Source of the DNA: an uncultured virus (IMG/VR IMGVR_UViG_2061766007_000995)
Taxonomy: Duplodnaviria > Heunggongvirae > Uroviricota > Caudoviricetes
Length of the DNA: 64,000 nucleotides
Virus record (IMG/VR): IMGVR_UViG_2061766007_000995
Reading direction: 5' to 3' (one strand)
Shown: positions 18,313-27,863 of the stretch, piece after piece
Numbering within the stretch: position 1 is the stretch's first letter
Layout of the letters: every line of letters starts with the position of its first letter
Notes under the pieces: model-generated
Database searches by the model: none
Told to the model about the DNA's origin: nothing
The model's input: only the letters and a program-made list of their open reading frames with translations
Position numbers and translations under genes: made by a program

Positions 18313-19131
18313 ATGAAATCATTCAAAGATTGGCTTATTGAAGCTATTATGGATCCAAAAAGCGCGCTGCAGATTTTTGGGCTTTCCGAGTTTCCAAAGA
18401 CTGCGACAGAATTGAGAAATCTTCATAAAAAGCTTGCATTGAACAATCATCCAGACCGTGGTGGCTCTCTGGAAAAGATGAAAGATATCAATGCGGCAAA
18501 CGACGTGCTGAAGAAATGGATTGGAAAGTCTGTTAAAAGTGTAGTGGGAGCATCTGCTGGCTCAGGAAGAGGAAATGCTCAAGCTTATAGACAGGCTGGA
18601 GAGACATTTAAAAAGTCGAGGGAATGGTCTCAAAATATGCAGGCTGCTGCGGCCGCCGACACCTTGAAGAAATATGGACCAATATATGAAGCTATTTTGA
18701 AATGCTTTAAGGGTGGTTCTAATGGTTTTAATTTTTTTGGATGCGTAGAACATTTGACTAATATTTTTGGAGAGCCGTTTAGTCATATTGAAAAGGCGTC
18801 AACTGTACAGGAAATTCTTAAAATGAAGGATCGCACTAAGCAAAGCTGGGTGTCGCATCTTTTTGTAAACCAGTCGAAAACTATAGTGTTTGAGATTGAA
18901 TTGATTGGAGACAGTGATCATATGGCTTGGCTTATGCGTCATAAGCCTGATGGATTTGACAATTCAAAGAAATTCGACTTTGAATGGACATTCGCACTCA
19001 ATGTTTGGAGAGGCAATCCACCAAATAAAAAGGTCATTACCCGCCGGGTGAAGTATAGACGCTCGGATCTTTCTTTATTGAGAAATCCATCCAAAATGCT
19101 TCCAGCAGCAAAGTTAAAAAAAGTGATCTAA
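18313..19131 (+). CDS. J-domain protein with capsid-targeting N-terminus (copy 2)
   Basis: First ~75 aa nearly identical to 17030, C-terminal domain diverged; contiguous sequence, no gap. Confidence 0.8.
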   Translation: MKSFKDWLIEAIMDPKSALQIFGLSEFPKTATELRNLHKKLALNNHPDRGGSLEKMKDINAANDVLKKWIGKSVKSVVGASAGSGRGNAQAYRQAGETFKKSREWSQNMQAAAAADTLKKYGPIYEAILKCFKGGSNGFNFFGCVEHLTNIFGEPFSHIEKASTVQEILKMKDRTKQSWVSHLFVNQSKTIVFEIELIGDSDHMAWLMRHKPDGFDNSKKFDFEWTFALNVWRGNPPNKKVITRRVKYRRSDLSLLRNPSKMLPAAKLKKVI

Positions 19132-19148
19132 GTCTTAGAAAGACACGC

Positions 19149-19181
19149 TTGACAAGCCTAGCATTTTCTGCTAGGCTTTTT
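19149..19181 (+). promoter_or_regulatory. overlapping terminator and sigma70-type promoter
   Basis: TTGACA-N17-TAGGCT whose spacer and -10 form hairpin AGCCTAGCA/TGCTAGGCT followed by a T run. Confidence 0.6.
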
Positions 19182-19209
19182 CATCTTGTGAGATGGGAGA
19201 TACCAGATT

Positions 19210-19746
19210 ATGATGGATCCATACACCTACTACAGTTCCGAGGATTTTGCTCCAAAAAGTTTTGTAATGGTACGCAATTCTCCTAACGAACCTTGGCAGT
19301 TAAGCATATTCGCCTATTCCGTTGACGTTGAAGATGAAGGCAGAAAATACGTCTGTCTTAATGGAGAGGTATGGAATGAATGCATAAGCTACATATATGG
19401 TCAACAGAAAAATCTTCTGGGAACGGTTGAAGCGGTAGAAGATCTTGAAAGGAAACTGAAGCCCGGTCAGCCAGTTGCCGTAAGAAACGATCAAAATGAA
19501 GCGTGGAAGGTAAGGAGATGGCTGTACAGTACAGATATTGTCTTTCGTGCTGGATCAATTCGAGAGGGCGATTTAAGGCATGTATGCTCCAAGACGTATC
19601 CACTGGTTGATACAATTCTGTCTGCCTGCATCAACTGCTTCTGTAAAAGAGACTATAGGACTGAAGAGTGGAAATACTGTCTTCCGTTGAACTTGGCGTT
19701 CAATTCATATAATGAACTGGCTAAAGCGATATTTTATGAACAGTAG
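19210..19746 (+). CDS. hypothetical protein, VRNS..E.W paralogue family
   Basis: Two copies of the V.VRN...E.W module; W.ECI.Y....NLLGT. Confidence 0.7.
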   Translation: MMDPYTYYSSEDFAPKSFVMVRNSPNEPWQLSIFAYSVDVEDEGRKYVCLNGEVWNECISYIYGQQKNLLGTVEAVEDLERKLKPGQPVAVRNDQNEAWKVRRWLYSTDIVFRAGSIREGDLRHVCSKTYPLVDTILSACINCFCKRDYRTEEWKYCLPLNLAFNSYNELAKAIFYEQ

Positions 19747-19754
19747 GAGAAGAA

Positions 19755-20135
19755 ATGGAAATACTGCTTTGTTCCATATCTGCGGCTGTAGGAGCCTGCG
19801 CCGCCGCAGTCTTTTTTGTTGCTGGTGTAAAAACTCTTCGGAAAGACATAGATCATGTTGAACTGGAAGCAAAAAGTCTGTATGCAAGTGCCAATAATTC
19901 CATTCATAATATTGAAGAAAAATTAAGAGAATCTGCCATCCAGAAGAGGTCTAAATTTTTAAAACTGGATGAGAAGATTGACGCTTTGAAAGAGGAAACC
20001 GTTCTGAACAGGGAACGCTGGGCGGCCACGACGGAGCGTCTGGACGCACAGGGTGCTCGTGTCCTTGAGCTTGAGCATAGGCTTCAGGTCAGCCTCCCAA
20101 AACTCTGCGAGGAGCAGGAGGAGCAGAGGGGTTGA
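19755..20135 (+). CDS. membrane-anchored coiled-coil protein
   Basis: N-terminal hydrophobic helix then heptad-rich region; AGGAG RBS. Confidence 0.65.
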   Translation: MEILLCSISAAVGACAAAVFFVAGVKTLRKDIDHVELEAKSLYASANNSIHNIEEKLRESAIQKRSKFLKLDEKIDALKEETVLNRERWAATTERLDAQGARVLELEHRLQVSLPKLCEEQEEQRG

Positions 20136-20191
20136 CATTTTCCGCTGGGTATGGCATAACTGCCATATCGCCTTGAGGGAAGGAGGTTTAA

Positions 20192-20707
20192 ATGAGTTCA
20201 ATCGACATTAAAACGAATGAAGTTATTCTTGTGAGGAATTCCAGAAATGAACAATGGAAGACGGTTGTCTTTAAAACGTTCGACACTTCCTGGGTGAATC
20301 AAATTAAATGCGTAGACGCCATGGGAAACGAGTGGAATGAATGGGTTTCTCTCAAATGGCACGAAAATCTTCAAGACACTTCGCTTCCAGCCGATGGCTG
20401 GAAGAAAGGCGACATGTGCTGCTATAGAGATCTTGATGGCTTGAAGAAGATTGGATTCTACTATGGCACGACAGATGATGGAAGCATAGAGATATGCACA
20501 ATTCCTCCAAGTTTCATAGAGCGTGAGGAAGAGAGAAAGCACGTCTTTCTGATTCCGGAAGCCGATATTTCCAGACCAGAAAGCGAATGGTCCTGGTGGA
20601 CTCCAAAATTCTATACAGAACCAGAAAATCCCAATCCGTACAATTCAAGGGTTGTTCCGTGCGCCGCAACTGGATTTTCCTGTTCAATGAAGGAGGATAT
20701 GGAATAA
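20192..20707 (+). CDS. hypothetical protein, VRNS..E.W paralogue family
   Basis: VILVRNSRNEQWK; AGGAGG RBS. Confidence 0.7.
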   Translation: MSSIDIKTNEVILVRNSRNEQWKTVVFKTFDTSWVNQIKCVDAMGNEWNEWVSLKWHENLQDTSLPADGWKKGDMCCYRDLDGLKKIGFYYGTTDDGSIEICTIPPSFIEREEERKHVFLIPEADISRPESEWSWWTPKFYTEPENPNPYNSRVVPCAATGFSCSMKEDME

Positions 20708-21138
20708 TGCAGACTGGAGATCTTGTTCTCGTTAGAGACCACAGCAATTCTACTTGGGATCTTACCATTTTCGGATATGAAGATGACAATGAACCCACAA
20801 GTCCGTTCAAGTGCATTAATGGCATAAGCTGGAAATACTGCATTCCGTACAATGGAAATGAAGCTCTTCTTGGTACTAGAGGCATTGAGGCTAAATTCAA
20901 GCCTGGACAGCCTGTATTTGTGAGAAATTCAGAAAACGAAGAGTGGAAGATTCGATACTGGCTTCACAGTACCGAAGGAATTAGGCACTGCACTACAAAA
21001 AGGCTTGTTTCAGCCGAGAAGATTGCTTCAGAGCCAGAAAGTCTTAATTCCTACGAAAGGGAAATCTGGAGCGAATGTCAGCCGATTGAAAACGTTCTCG
21101 GAAAGCCATTTCTTGACACTTACAAAAAATATGCCTAG
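20707..21138 (+). CDS. hypothetical protein, VRNS..E.W paralogue family
   Basis: LVLVRD...W...WKYCIPYNGNEALLGT...KPGQPVFVRNSENEEWK. Confidence 0.7.
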   Translation: MQTGDLVLVRDHSNSTWDLTIFGYEDDNEPTSPFKCINGISWKYCIPYNGNEALLGTRGIEAKFKPGQPVFVRNSENEEWKIRYWLHSTEGIRHCTTKRLVSAEKIASEPESLNSYEREIWSECQPIENVLGKPFLDTYKKYA

Positions 21139-21143
21139 CGGGG

Positions 21144-21172
21144 TTGACAGCCCTTTCGGAATAGGCTAAAGT
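21144..21172 (+). promoter_or_regulatory. sigma70-type promoter TTGACA-N17-TAAAGT
   Basis: Consensus -35 and spacing. Confidence 0.6.
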
Positions 21173-21205
21173 GCTCTTATCAATTCTCGTTCAAGGAGGA
21201 ACAGC

Positions 21206-23716
21206 ATGATGAATACCTTCGCCCAGAATTTTGCCGAAGAGGCCACCAAGACCTTCACCGAAAACGGTGCGGTCTGTCTTAATACAACCATGGACGCAAA
21301 TCTCGACTTCTTCTCCATGGCTGGTGGCATGCGGGGAGATCCTCGTATCGAGGAGCTGTATGCCAAGGCTCTCAATGAAGACCTTCCTCTTGCAGTCAAG
21401 AATCTCTTCTTCCTGCGTGACGTGCGGAACGGCATGGGCGAACGCTCTTCCTTCGTGAGGTGCTTCAAGCTTCTTCTGAACAAGATTGATGATGAGGAAG
21501 TGGTCGAGTCCCTCTTCAAGGAGATTGGAGAGTATGGCCGCTGGTCCGATCTCTTTTCCATCATGCATGACGCAAAGCCTGAATGGTTTGACGTGGCCTG
21601 CAGGGTGGTCAAGAATCAGATCAAGGAAGACTGGGATCTCATGGAAGAGGGGAAGAGCATTTCCCTGCTTGCAAAGTGGTTTCCTCTGGCCAACAACAGG
21701 CACAATCCAGAGGCTATCCGCCATGCCAGACGCATTTCGGAAGCCTGCTGTGGTTCCGATAGGAATGCTCGCAAGCTGATCGTTCCTCTCCGCAAGTATA
21801 TCAATGTTGTGGAGCAGAAGATCTCCGAAGGCAAGTGGGATGAAGTGGAATACTCCAAGCTTCCCTCTGGTGCNNNNNNNNNNTCAAGAACCTCTTCTTC
21901 CTGCGTGACGTGCGGAACGGCATGGGCGAACGTTCTTCCTTTGTGAGGTGCTTCAAGCTTCTTCTGAATGAGATTGATGATGAGGAAGTAGTCGAGTCCC
22001 TCTTCAAGGAGATTGGAGAGTATGGCCGCTGGTCCGACCTCTTTTCCATCATGCATGACGCAAAGCCTGAATGGTTTGACGTGGCTTGCAAGGTGGTCAA
22101 GAATCAGATCAAGGAAGACTGGGACCTCATGGAAGAGGGAAAGAGCATTTCCCTGCTTGCAAAGTGGTTTCCTCTGGCCAACAACAGGCACAATCCAGAG
22201 GCCATCCGTCATGCAAGACGCATTTCGGAAGCCTGCTGTGGTTCCGACCGCAATGCCAGAAAGCTGATTGTCCCTCTCCGCAGATACATCAACGTTGTTG
22301 AGCAGAAGATTTCCGAAGGCAAGTGGGATGAAGTGGAATACTCCAAGCTTCCCTCTGGTGCTGGTCTCAAGTATCGTCAGGCCTTCTGGAAGCATGACGG
22401 CGAGAGGTATGGAGCATTCATTGAGAATGTCTCCAAGGGAAAGGAGAAGATCAACTCTGGTACTCTGATGCCTTATGATCTTGTCCGCAAGGAATGCAAC
22501 GCGAATGGAAGAGATTCTGTCATTGAAGAGATGTGGAAGGCTCTTCCCGACTGGACCAATGACACTTCCTCTCTTGTGGTTGCAGACGTGTCTGGCTCCA
22601 TGTATGGCACTTATTGTAGCACCATGGCTAACGACTCTTCCAAGCCTGTACCCATCTTTGTCTCCACGTCTCTTGCAATGTACTTTGCGGAGAAGGCCAA
22701 GGGTCCATTCAAGAACTGCGTGATTACATTCTCTCAGCATCCAGAATGTCTCAAGCTGGATCCTGAAGATTCNNNNNNNNNNCACTCTAATGCCATACGA
22801 TCTTGTCCGCAAGGAATGCAATGTAAATGCAAGGGATTCTGTCGTTGAAGAGATGTGGAAGGCTCTTCCCGACTGGACAAATGACACTTCCTCTCTCGTG
22901 GTTGCAGACGTGTCTGGCTCCATGTATGGCACCTATTGCACAACCATGACTAACAACTCTTCCAAGCCTGTACCCATCTTTGTTTCCACGTCTCTTGCAA
23001 TGTACTTTGCGGAGAAGGCCAAGGGACCTTTCAAGAACTGCGTAATTACATTCTCTCAGCATCCAGAATGTCTCAAGCTGGATCCTGAAGATTCGCTCTT
23101 CGACCGTTTCATGAAGATGGAAAGGCATGGTGGTCTTAACACCGACATCGAGAAGATGTTCAAGCTCTACATTTCTCTGGCGCAGGACTCCAAGCCTGAA
23201 GACTGTCCAAAGAATCTTGTCATCNNNNNNNNNNACAGCCGTTTCTTGAAGATGGAAAGGCATGGTGGTCTTAACACCGATATCGAGAAGATGTTCAAGC
23301 TCTACATTTCTCTGGCGCAGGACTCCAATCCAGAGGACTGTCCGAAGAATCTGGTCATCATCTCCGACATGGAGTTTGACGAGATAGAGAATCCAGAGGA
23401 GTGGTGGTATTCCAATACTCAGGAAGAGGCCAAGAAGAAGCTGGATGCAAGAAAGAAGACTCTCTTCCACAAGATTGATCTTCTGTTCAAGAAGACCAAG
23501 GTTGAGCGTCCTACGCTGGTGTTCTGGAACGTCAATTCCAGACAGGCCAATGTTCCTGTGTCCAGAGATGAATATGGTACCATTCTTGTGTCTGGATTCA
23601 GTCCGACTCTCTTCCAGTACATCGTTGGTGGCGACATCAATCCGATGAAGTTTATGCTCAAGACGCTTTCCAACTATGACTGCATTCTTGAACGTGCTGG
23701 AATTGGAAATGCCTAG
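21206..23716 (+). CDS. DUF2828-family helical + vWA domain protein (one gene, inflated by allelic duplicates across gaps)
   Basis: TENGA....T...LDFF; LRDVRNGMGER; YGRWSDL; LLAKW.P; MIDAS-like DVSGSM; ISDMEFD; LVFWNV; LVSGFSP. Confidence 0.8.
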
Positions 23717-23951
23717 TCAAGAGGATGTTGATGGATTCCTTGGCGAGGTGAAAAAACATCTTGCCAAGGCCATTGAAGTCCATCCACGCTTCAAAGGCCT
23801 TGAATGCATTGCCGCCGAGTTTGCTGACGTTGTGAAGGCAATGGAAGAAGGAAATCAAAAGGAGGTTCAGCGGCAATGCATTCATCTGGCCGTAGTTGCT
23901 CTAAGGCAGTATCTTGCTTCGCAAAAGGAGGTCGGGATGAAACCTACCTAG
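23709..23951 (+). CDS. small hypothetical protein (possible MazG-like helices)
   Basis: IAAEFADVVKA...EVQRQCIHLAVVALR. Confidence 0.55.
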   Translation: MPSQEDVDGFLGEVKKHLAKAIEVHPRFKGLECIAAEFADVVKAMEEGNQKEVQRQCIHLAVVALRQYLASQKEVGMKPT

Positions 23952-23969
23952 TACAAGATTTTTCACTCA

Positions 23970-23975
23970 TAAATA
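23970..23975 (+). promoter_or_regulatory. putative late promoter (TAAATA)
   Basis: ATAAATA about 76 nt upstream of the OMP gene. Confidence 0.4.
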
Positions 23976-24051
23976 CCTTTGCTTGATTGAAGTGCAATAT
24001 CTTTAACCGAGCAGGACAATGAACAACATATCATTATAGGAGATTTGCACA

Positions 24052-24696
24052 ATGAAACGCATTTTTACTGTTCTGGCCATCGTGGCCACTCTTGTTTTCA
24101 CTTCCGTGGCCGCTCAGGCCGAGAACTACTGCTGGGAAAAGAATGCTCAGCCTGCCGCAGTTTCTGCTGAACCTGCTTCCAATGTCTGGGGCTTCTACAT
24201 TGCACCAAAAGTTGGCGTGACTTTCCAGATGCAGGATGACGTGCGTGGCGCTCTCACTCAGTCTTGGCGTCACGGCTACACCAATCAGTGGAACACTGGT
24301 CTCTCTGTAGGCTACAATTTCCGTCCGAAGTATGACCTTCCCTTCCGTCTGGAAGTTGAATATCTCTACACTGGCAACACCAAGATCAATCTTGATCGCA
24401 CTTCCGTTGACTTTGACAGCCACACTGTCTTCTTCAACGCCGCATATGACTTTGACACTGTTCCCTATGTGAAGCCATACATCACCGCTGGCCTTGGCGC
24501 CAACTGGTTCTCTGGCACTCACAGCGCCACGACCTTCGCATGGAATGCTGGTGGCGGCTTCTATGTTCCCGTTACTGAAAACTTCGGCATTGACCTGTCT
24601 GCCCGCTACGTTGACCTTGGCCGCATTGAAAAGCGCCACACCAAGGCCGAGATTCGCGGCATTGACACTCAGCTTGCCTTCCGCTTCACTTTCTAG
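24052..24696 (+). CDS. outer-membrane 8-stranded beta-barrel protein (Ail/Lom/OmpA-TM-like)
   Basis: Signal peptide ending AQA; GFYIAPKVG, FRLEVEY, FFNAAYDF, PYITAGLG, FAWNAGGG, IDLSARYVDLG; C-terminal Phe. Confidence 0.9.
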   Translation: MKRIFTVLAIVATLVFTSVAAQAENYCWEKNAQPAAVSAEPASNVWGFYIAPKVGVTFQMQDDVRGALTQSWRHGYTNQWNTGLSVGYNFRPKYDLPFRLEVEYLYTGNTKINLDRTSVDFDSHTVFFNAAYDFDTVPYVKPYITAGLGANWFSGTHSATTFAWNAGGGFYVPVTENFGIDLSARYVDLGRIEKRHTKAEIRGIDTQLAFRFTF

Positions 24697-24727
24697 TCTG
24701 AACGTCAGCAGATAGAAAGACGCGACT

Positions 24728-24762
24728 GAAAGGCCCCCAACGGGAAGGGGGCCTTTCTTTTT
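24728..24762 (+). terminator. intrinsic terminator
   Basis: GAAAGGCCCCC/GGGGGCCTTTC hairpin followed by a T run. Confidence 0.8.
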
Positions 24763-24777
24763 GACCAAGGAGAGCAA

Positions 24778-25707
24778 ATGAAATTGACTATTGGAAGTCT
24801 GCATCCTGGAAGCCACACTACAGATGATGCATTGCTTGATCAGCTGCAGGAATTAAGTCAAAAACTGGATGAAGAAACTGATCAACTGCTTGATTCCATT
24901 TCAGCCGATGTTGAAGACAAAGAAGAGAAAGAGGAATCTAATGAACCAGGAAAGCATTTTGGCGTAGTTTATGCAAGAGATTTAGACACAGGCAGAGCGA
25001 TTGGATACTTGAAGTATATTCCTTCAGAAAGCGTATTTCGCATTGAGGAACTGTATGTGGACAAAAATTTCAGGCGCAAATGCATTGGATACAGTTTGAT
25101 GAAGGAGTTCTATAAAATCTGCCGCGAAAGGAATGCATTGAAAATCAATCTTGGATGCGTGGCTGCAAACAGCGAAGGAATGGCCTTCTACGCTAGCGAA
25201 GGCTACAAGATTTCGGATGCAACTTACATTCTTGCAGGCAATGAAAAGAATGTGAAGCGTCTGCCCATTCGATGCAGGGAGTTTGATGAAGCCAGCTGGA
25301 ATCGCATCTGGAATGAAATGACTCTCTATCTGGACAAAAGCGTCAATCTTCCAGAAGAGATTGAAATGGTCCGCGAATGGTATGACAACAGAAAGATGTT
25401 CAGGCCATTTTCAATCTGTTCCTTTGAAAAGTTTGAATGCGTTGTCTTTGCTCATTGCAGGGATTCGGAACTGTACATTCCAGCGTTCAACATGAATCCA
25501 GATGACTTGAACAAGGACATTCTCGATGGGCTGGCTTCAACGCTTCTTCAGTATGCAAAGAAAATGAAGATGCAGCAGGTCTGCATAGCGGACATTCATC
25601 TTCCCGCAAATCTGGACAAGATTAGCGATCAATGGAAAAGAGTTGGATGCACATGCTACAAAATGGCTTCAGACTTGAAGCCACAGGTTTCAAACTTGAA
25701 AATCTAG
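24778..25707 (+). CDS. GNAT-family acetyltransferase
   Basis: IEELYVDKNFRRKCIGYSLM...L.CVAANSEGMAFY...GY. Confidence 0.8.
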   Translation: MKLTIGSLHPGSHTTDDALLDQLQELSQKLDEETDQLLDSISADVEDKEEKEESNEPGKHFGVVYARDLDTGRAIGYLKYIPSESVFRIEELYVDKNFRRKCIGYSLMKEFYKICRERNALKINLGCVAANSEGMAFYASEGYKISDATYILAGNEKNVKRLPIRCREFDEASWNRIWNEMTLYLDKSVNLPEEIEMVREWYDNRKMFRPFSICSFEKFECVVFAHCRDSELYIPAFNMNPDDLNKDILDGLASTLLQYAKKMKMQQVCIADIHLPANLDKISDQWKRVGCTCYKMASDLKPQVSNLKI

Positions 25708-25768
25708 ATTCTGCTTGACAAAAACTCTAGCATGATACATGCTTGACATGCAGTTTGAGGAGGTAGAA

Positions 25769-25990
25769 ATGACAAGCTGGACAGAACATCTTCCTGATGA
25801 AAATGGATACTACTGGATATGGACAGGAAAGCATCTTGAAATTGGATGTCTTGAAGTTCATCCTGAAGGACCAGTGAAGACGTTGACAGCCTGCAGTGGT
25901 GTCAAGGCACCAGTTTTCAACAACAGACTGTTCAATGGATGGCAGATTGGAGATCGCATAGAAAAGCCTATGGAGCCAGAAGCATGCTAG
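25769..25990 (+). CDS. hypothetical protein
   Basis: GAGGAGG RBS; WTEHLPDENGYYW. Confidence 0.6.
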   Translation: MTSWTEHLPDENGYYWIWTGKHLEIGCLEVHPEGPVKTLTACSGVKAPVFNNRLFNGWQIGDRIEKPMEPEAC

Positions 25991-26343
25991 GCCTTGAAAT
26001 ATTCATTTCTCCCAGAAAGCATGAATATTCCGAAATAGCGGACATATATCTCAAGGAGATAATGGACACTACAAATCAGATTGACTGGAGCGGATACAGA
26101 GGATGGATACTCTGCAAGGAGCATTTTGGCGTTCACTGGAAATGGGAACGCTACTGGAGAATATGGGGTGGCAACTATCCCGATGGATGGTTGAGCGAGA
26201 TTGCATATATGGACTGGGGCATTCTCACTCATGCAAACTTTGATGACGTTCCTTGGATAACAGTAGCAAAACGACAGATGCCCAGCAGAAAACTGTCATG
26301 GGACTTCTGGTGGTGGCTTAAAAAGTGCAGGGTGTTTACATAA
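25984..26343 (+). CDS. Trp-rich hypothetical protein
   Basis: GGAG RBS; fills the run before the glycosyltransferase. Confidence 0.55.
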   Translation: MLGLEIFISPRKHEYSEIADIYLKEIMDTTNQIDWSGYRGWILCKEHFGVHWKWERYWRIWGGNYPDGWLSEIAYMDWGILTHANFDDVPWITVAKRQMPSRKLSWDFWWWLKKCRVFT

Positions 26344-26350
26344 GTAAGCG

Positions 26351-27436
26351 ATGGAGCTAAGACAATCAATGGACTGCAAGGACTTCATCATTTTAATACT
26401 TTCTCATGAACGTCCAGAATTTTTAAAGAGTCATACATGGCATATTCTGGACAAGGTCAAGTCAAAGGCTAGAAGAGTTGTTGTTCTGTCTGATGATGAC
26501 AAAACCATTCCTGAATATGAAACAATGTATGGAAAGGAGAATATAGCAGTTTTCAATAAAGTTGAAATTGAAAGAAAGTATGACATAGACACTATAGACT
26601 GCTATTGGGGAAGACTGCTTTCCAGGAAGTCTCCTCTCTGGGCCAGAAACGCTCAGTTTGACATTGCAAGGCGACTAGGCTATAGATGGTTTATTGTACT
26701 GGATGACGACTACAGGGAAATGGTCATGCGGAAGAAGATGATCCGCAATGATGACAAGACCGAGTTTTTCCCTACGTTCAAGGAACTTATTTTCGCTCCT
26801 TCCGATGAACATGGGTCAATATTTGACAAGTGCTGCGTCAAGTATTTCAACGTTCTCAATTCAGCACCATGGATGCATGTGACGGCCATGGCGCAGTGTG
26901 GAGACTTCATTGGTGGCATAACTTCCATTTTTACTAGAATACCATATAGATGGAAGGCCATGAACGTCTTTTTCTGTGATACGGAAAAGGAGTATCGGTA
27001 TTATGGAAAATTGAATGATGACGTTAATGGATACATTCTGAATGGAAAACTTGGTCAAATGTCCTTGACCATGATGCAGCTGGTAATAAATCAGGAGCCA
27101 ACGCAGAAATCGACTGGTGGAATAACTGATATCTACAAGACATTTGGAACTTATATCAAGAGTCTGACTTCAGTAATTGCATGTCCATCGTCGGTATCCG
27201 TTTCGTGGATAGGTTCAGTTGTTTCTAGAGTGCATCATCTCATTAAATGGTCCACAACCTGTCCAATGGTTGTGGACGAATCTTTATGTAGAGAAAAACC
27301 TCTTGACTTTCAAACGGAATGCTTGCATGATAGCGTTAAGTTTAAAACTGAAAAAAAGTTCAATATAGCAGATGAAAAATGTGAAGTCATTGAAGATGCG
27401 TCTTTGACATGTCTTTCTGTGGCCGATTTCTGCTAG
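26351..27436 (+). CDS. GT-A fold glycosyltransferase, TET-associated/GREB1-like (copy 1)
   Basis: ILILSHERPE; VVLSDDD..IPEY...YG; WARN..FDIA..LGY..F.VLDDD; Q.GDFIGG; KAMN.FF; G.LNDDV; TQ..TGGITD.Y...GTY.KS. Confidence 0.75.
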   Translation: MELRQSMDCKDFIILILSHERPEFLKSHTWHILDKVKSKARRVVVLSDDDKTIPEYETMYGKENIAVFNKVEIERKYDIDTIDCYWGRLLSRKSPLWARNAQFDIARRLGYRWFIVLDDDYREMVMRKKMIRNDDKTEFFPTFKELIFAPSDEHGSIFDKCCVKYFNVLNSAPWMHVTAMAQCGDFIGGITSIFTRIPYRWKAMNVFFCDTEKEYRYYGKLNDDVNGYILNGKLGQMSLTMMQLVINQEPTQKSTGGITDIYKTFGTYIKSLTSVIACPSSVSVSWIGSVVSRVHHLIKWSTTCPMVVDESLCREKPLDFQTECLHDSVKFKTEKKFNIADEKCEVIEDASLTCLSVADFC

Positions 27437-27446
27437 GGAAGGTAGA

Positions 27447-27863
27447 ATGGAAGAAAAATATAGCAGAAAGTTTGCAATTCCTCCCTTTGAGCCATCGGAT
27501 GCAGACTATTCCCTTAATGACTGCGTTGACGTTGACCGCTACGTTCAGCTTTTGGAATCAATTAATGAATCTTTAAACAAGGGGGAAATTACAAAATCAG
27601 AAGCCAAGTTTCTGAAAATATGCGCTTCAAGATGGATCAAGTTTCATTATGGCAAGACTGCTCAATGGTATGCCACCAAGGCCAGTTCAGTAATGAAGGA
27701 TCTTCTGGAAAAGTCGGCAATGGTTCTTATAGATCTTGACAAGGCTACAGAATATGGCATAATCAAGGGAGCAAACTATATTGACAAGGTTTTAAAAAGA
27801 AACATCTCAGAGCGAAGCATTGAGGAGTGGAATGAAAATGACGTTGACGCCGCAAAGTCCTAA
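27447..27863 (+). CDS. glycosyltransferase partner protein (copy 1)
   Basis: KY..KF.IP.FEP...EAKFLK.CA.RWIKF.Y.K.AQ.YA.KAS...LLEKSAMVLID. Confidence 0.7.
   Translation: MEEKYSRKFAIPPFEPSDADYSLNDCVDVDRYVQLLESINESLNKGEITKSEAKFLKICASRWIKFHYGKTAQWYATKASSVMKDLLEKSAMVLIDLDKATEYGIIKGANYIDKVLKRNISERSIEEWNENDVDAAKS

Noticed and set aside
21395..23360. Apparent large tandem repeats inside the DUF2828 gene
   Set aside because: Every junction is an N gap; these are allelic overlaps, not real duplications
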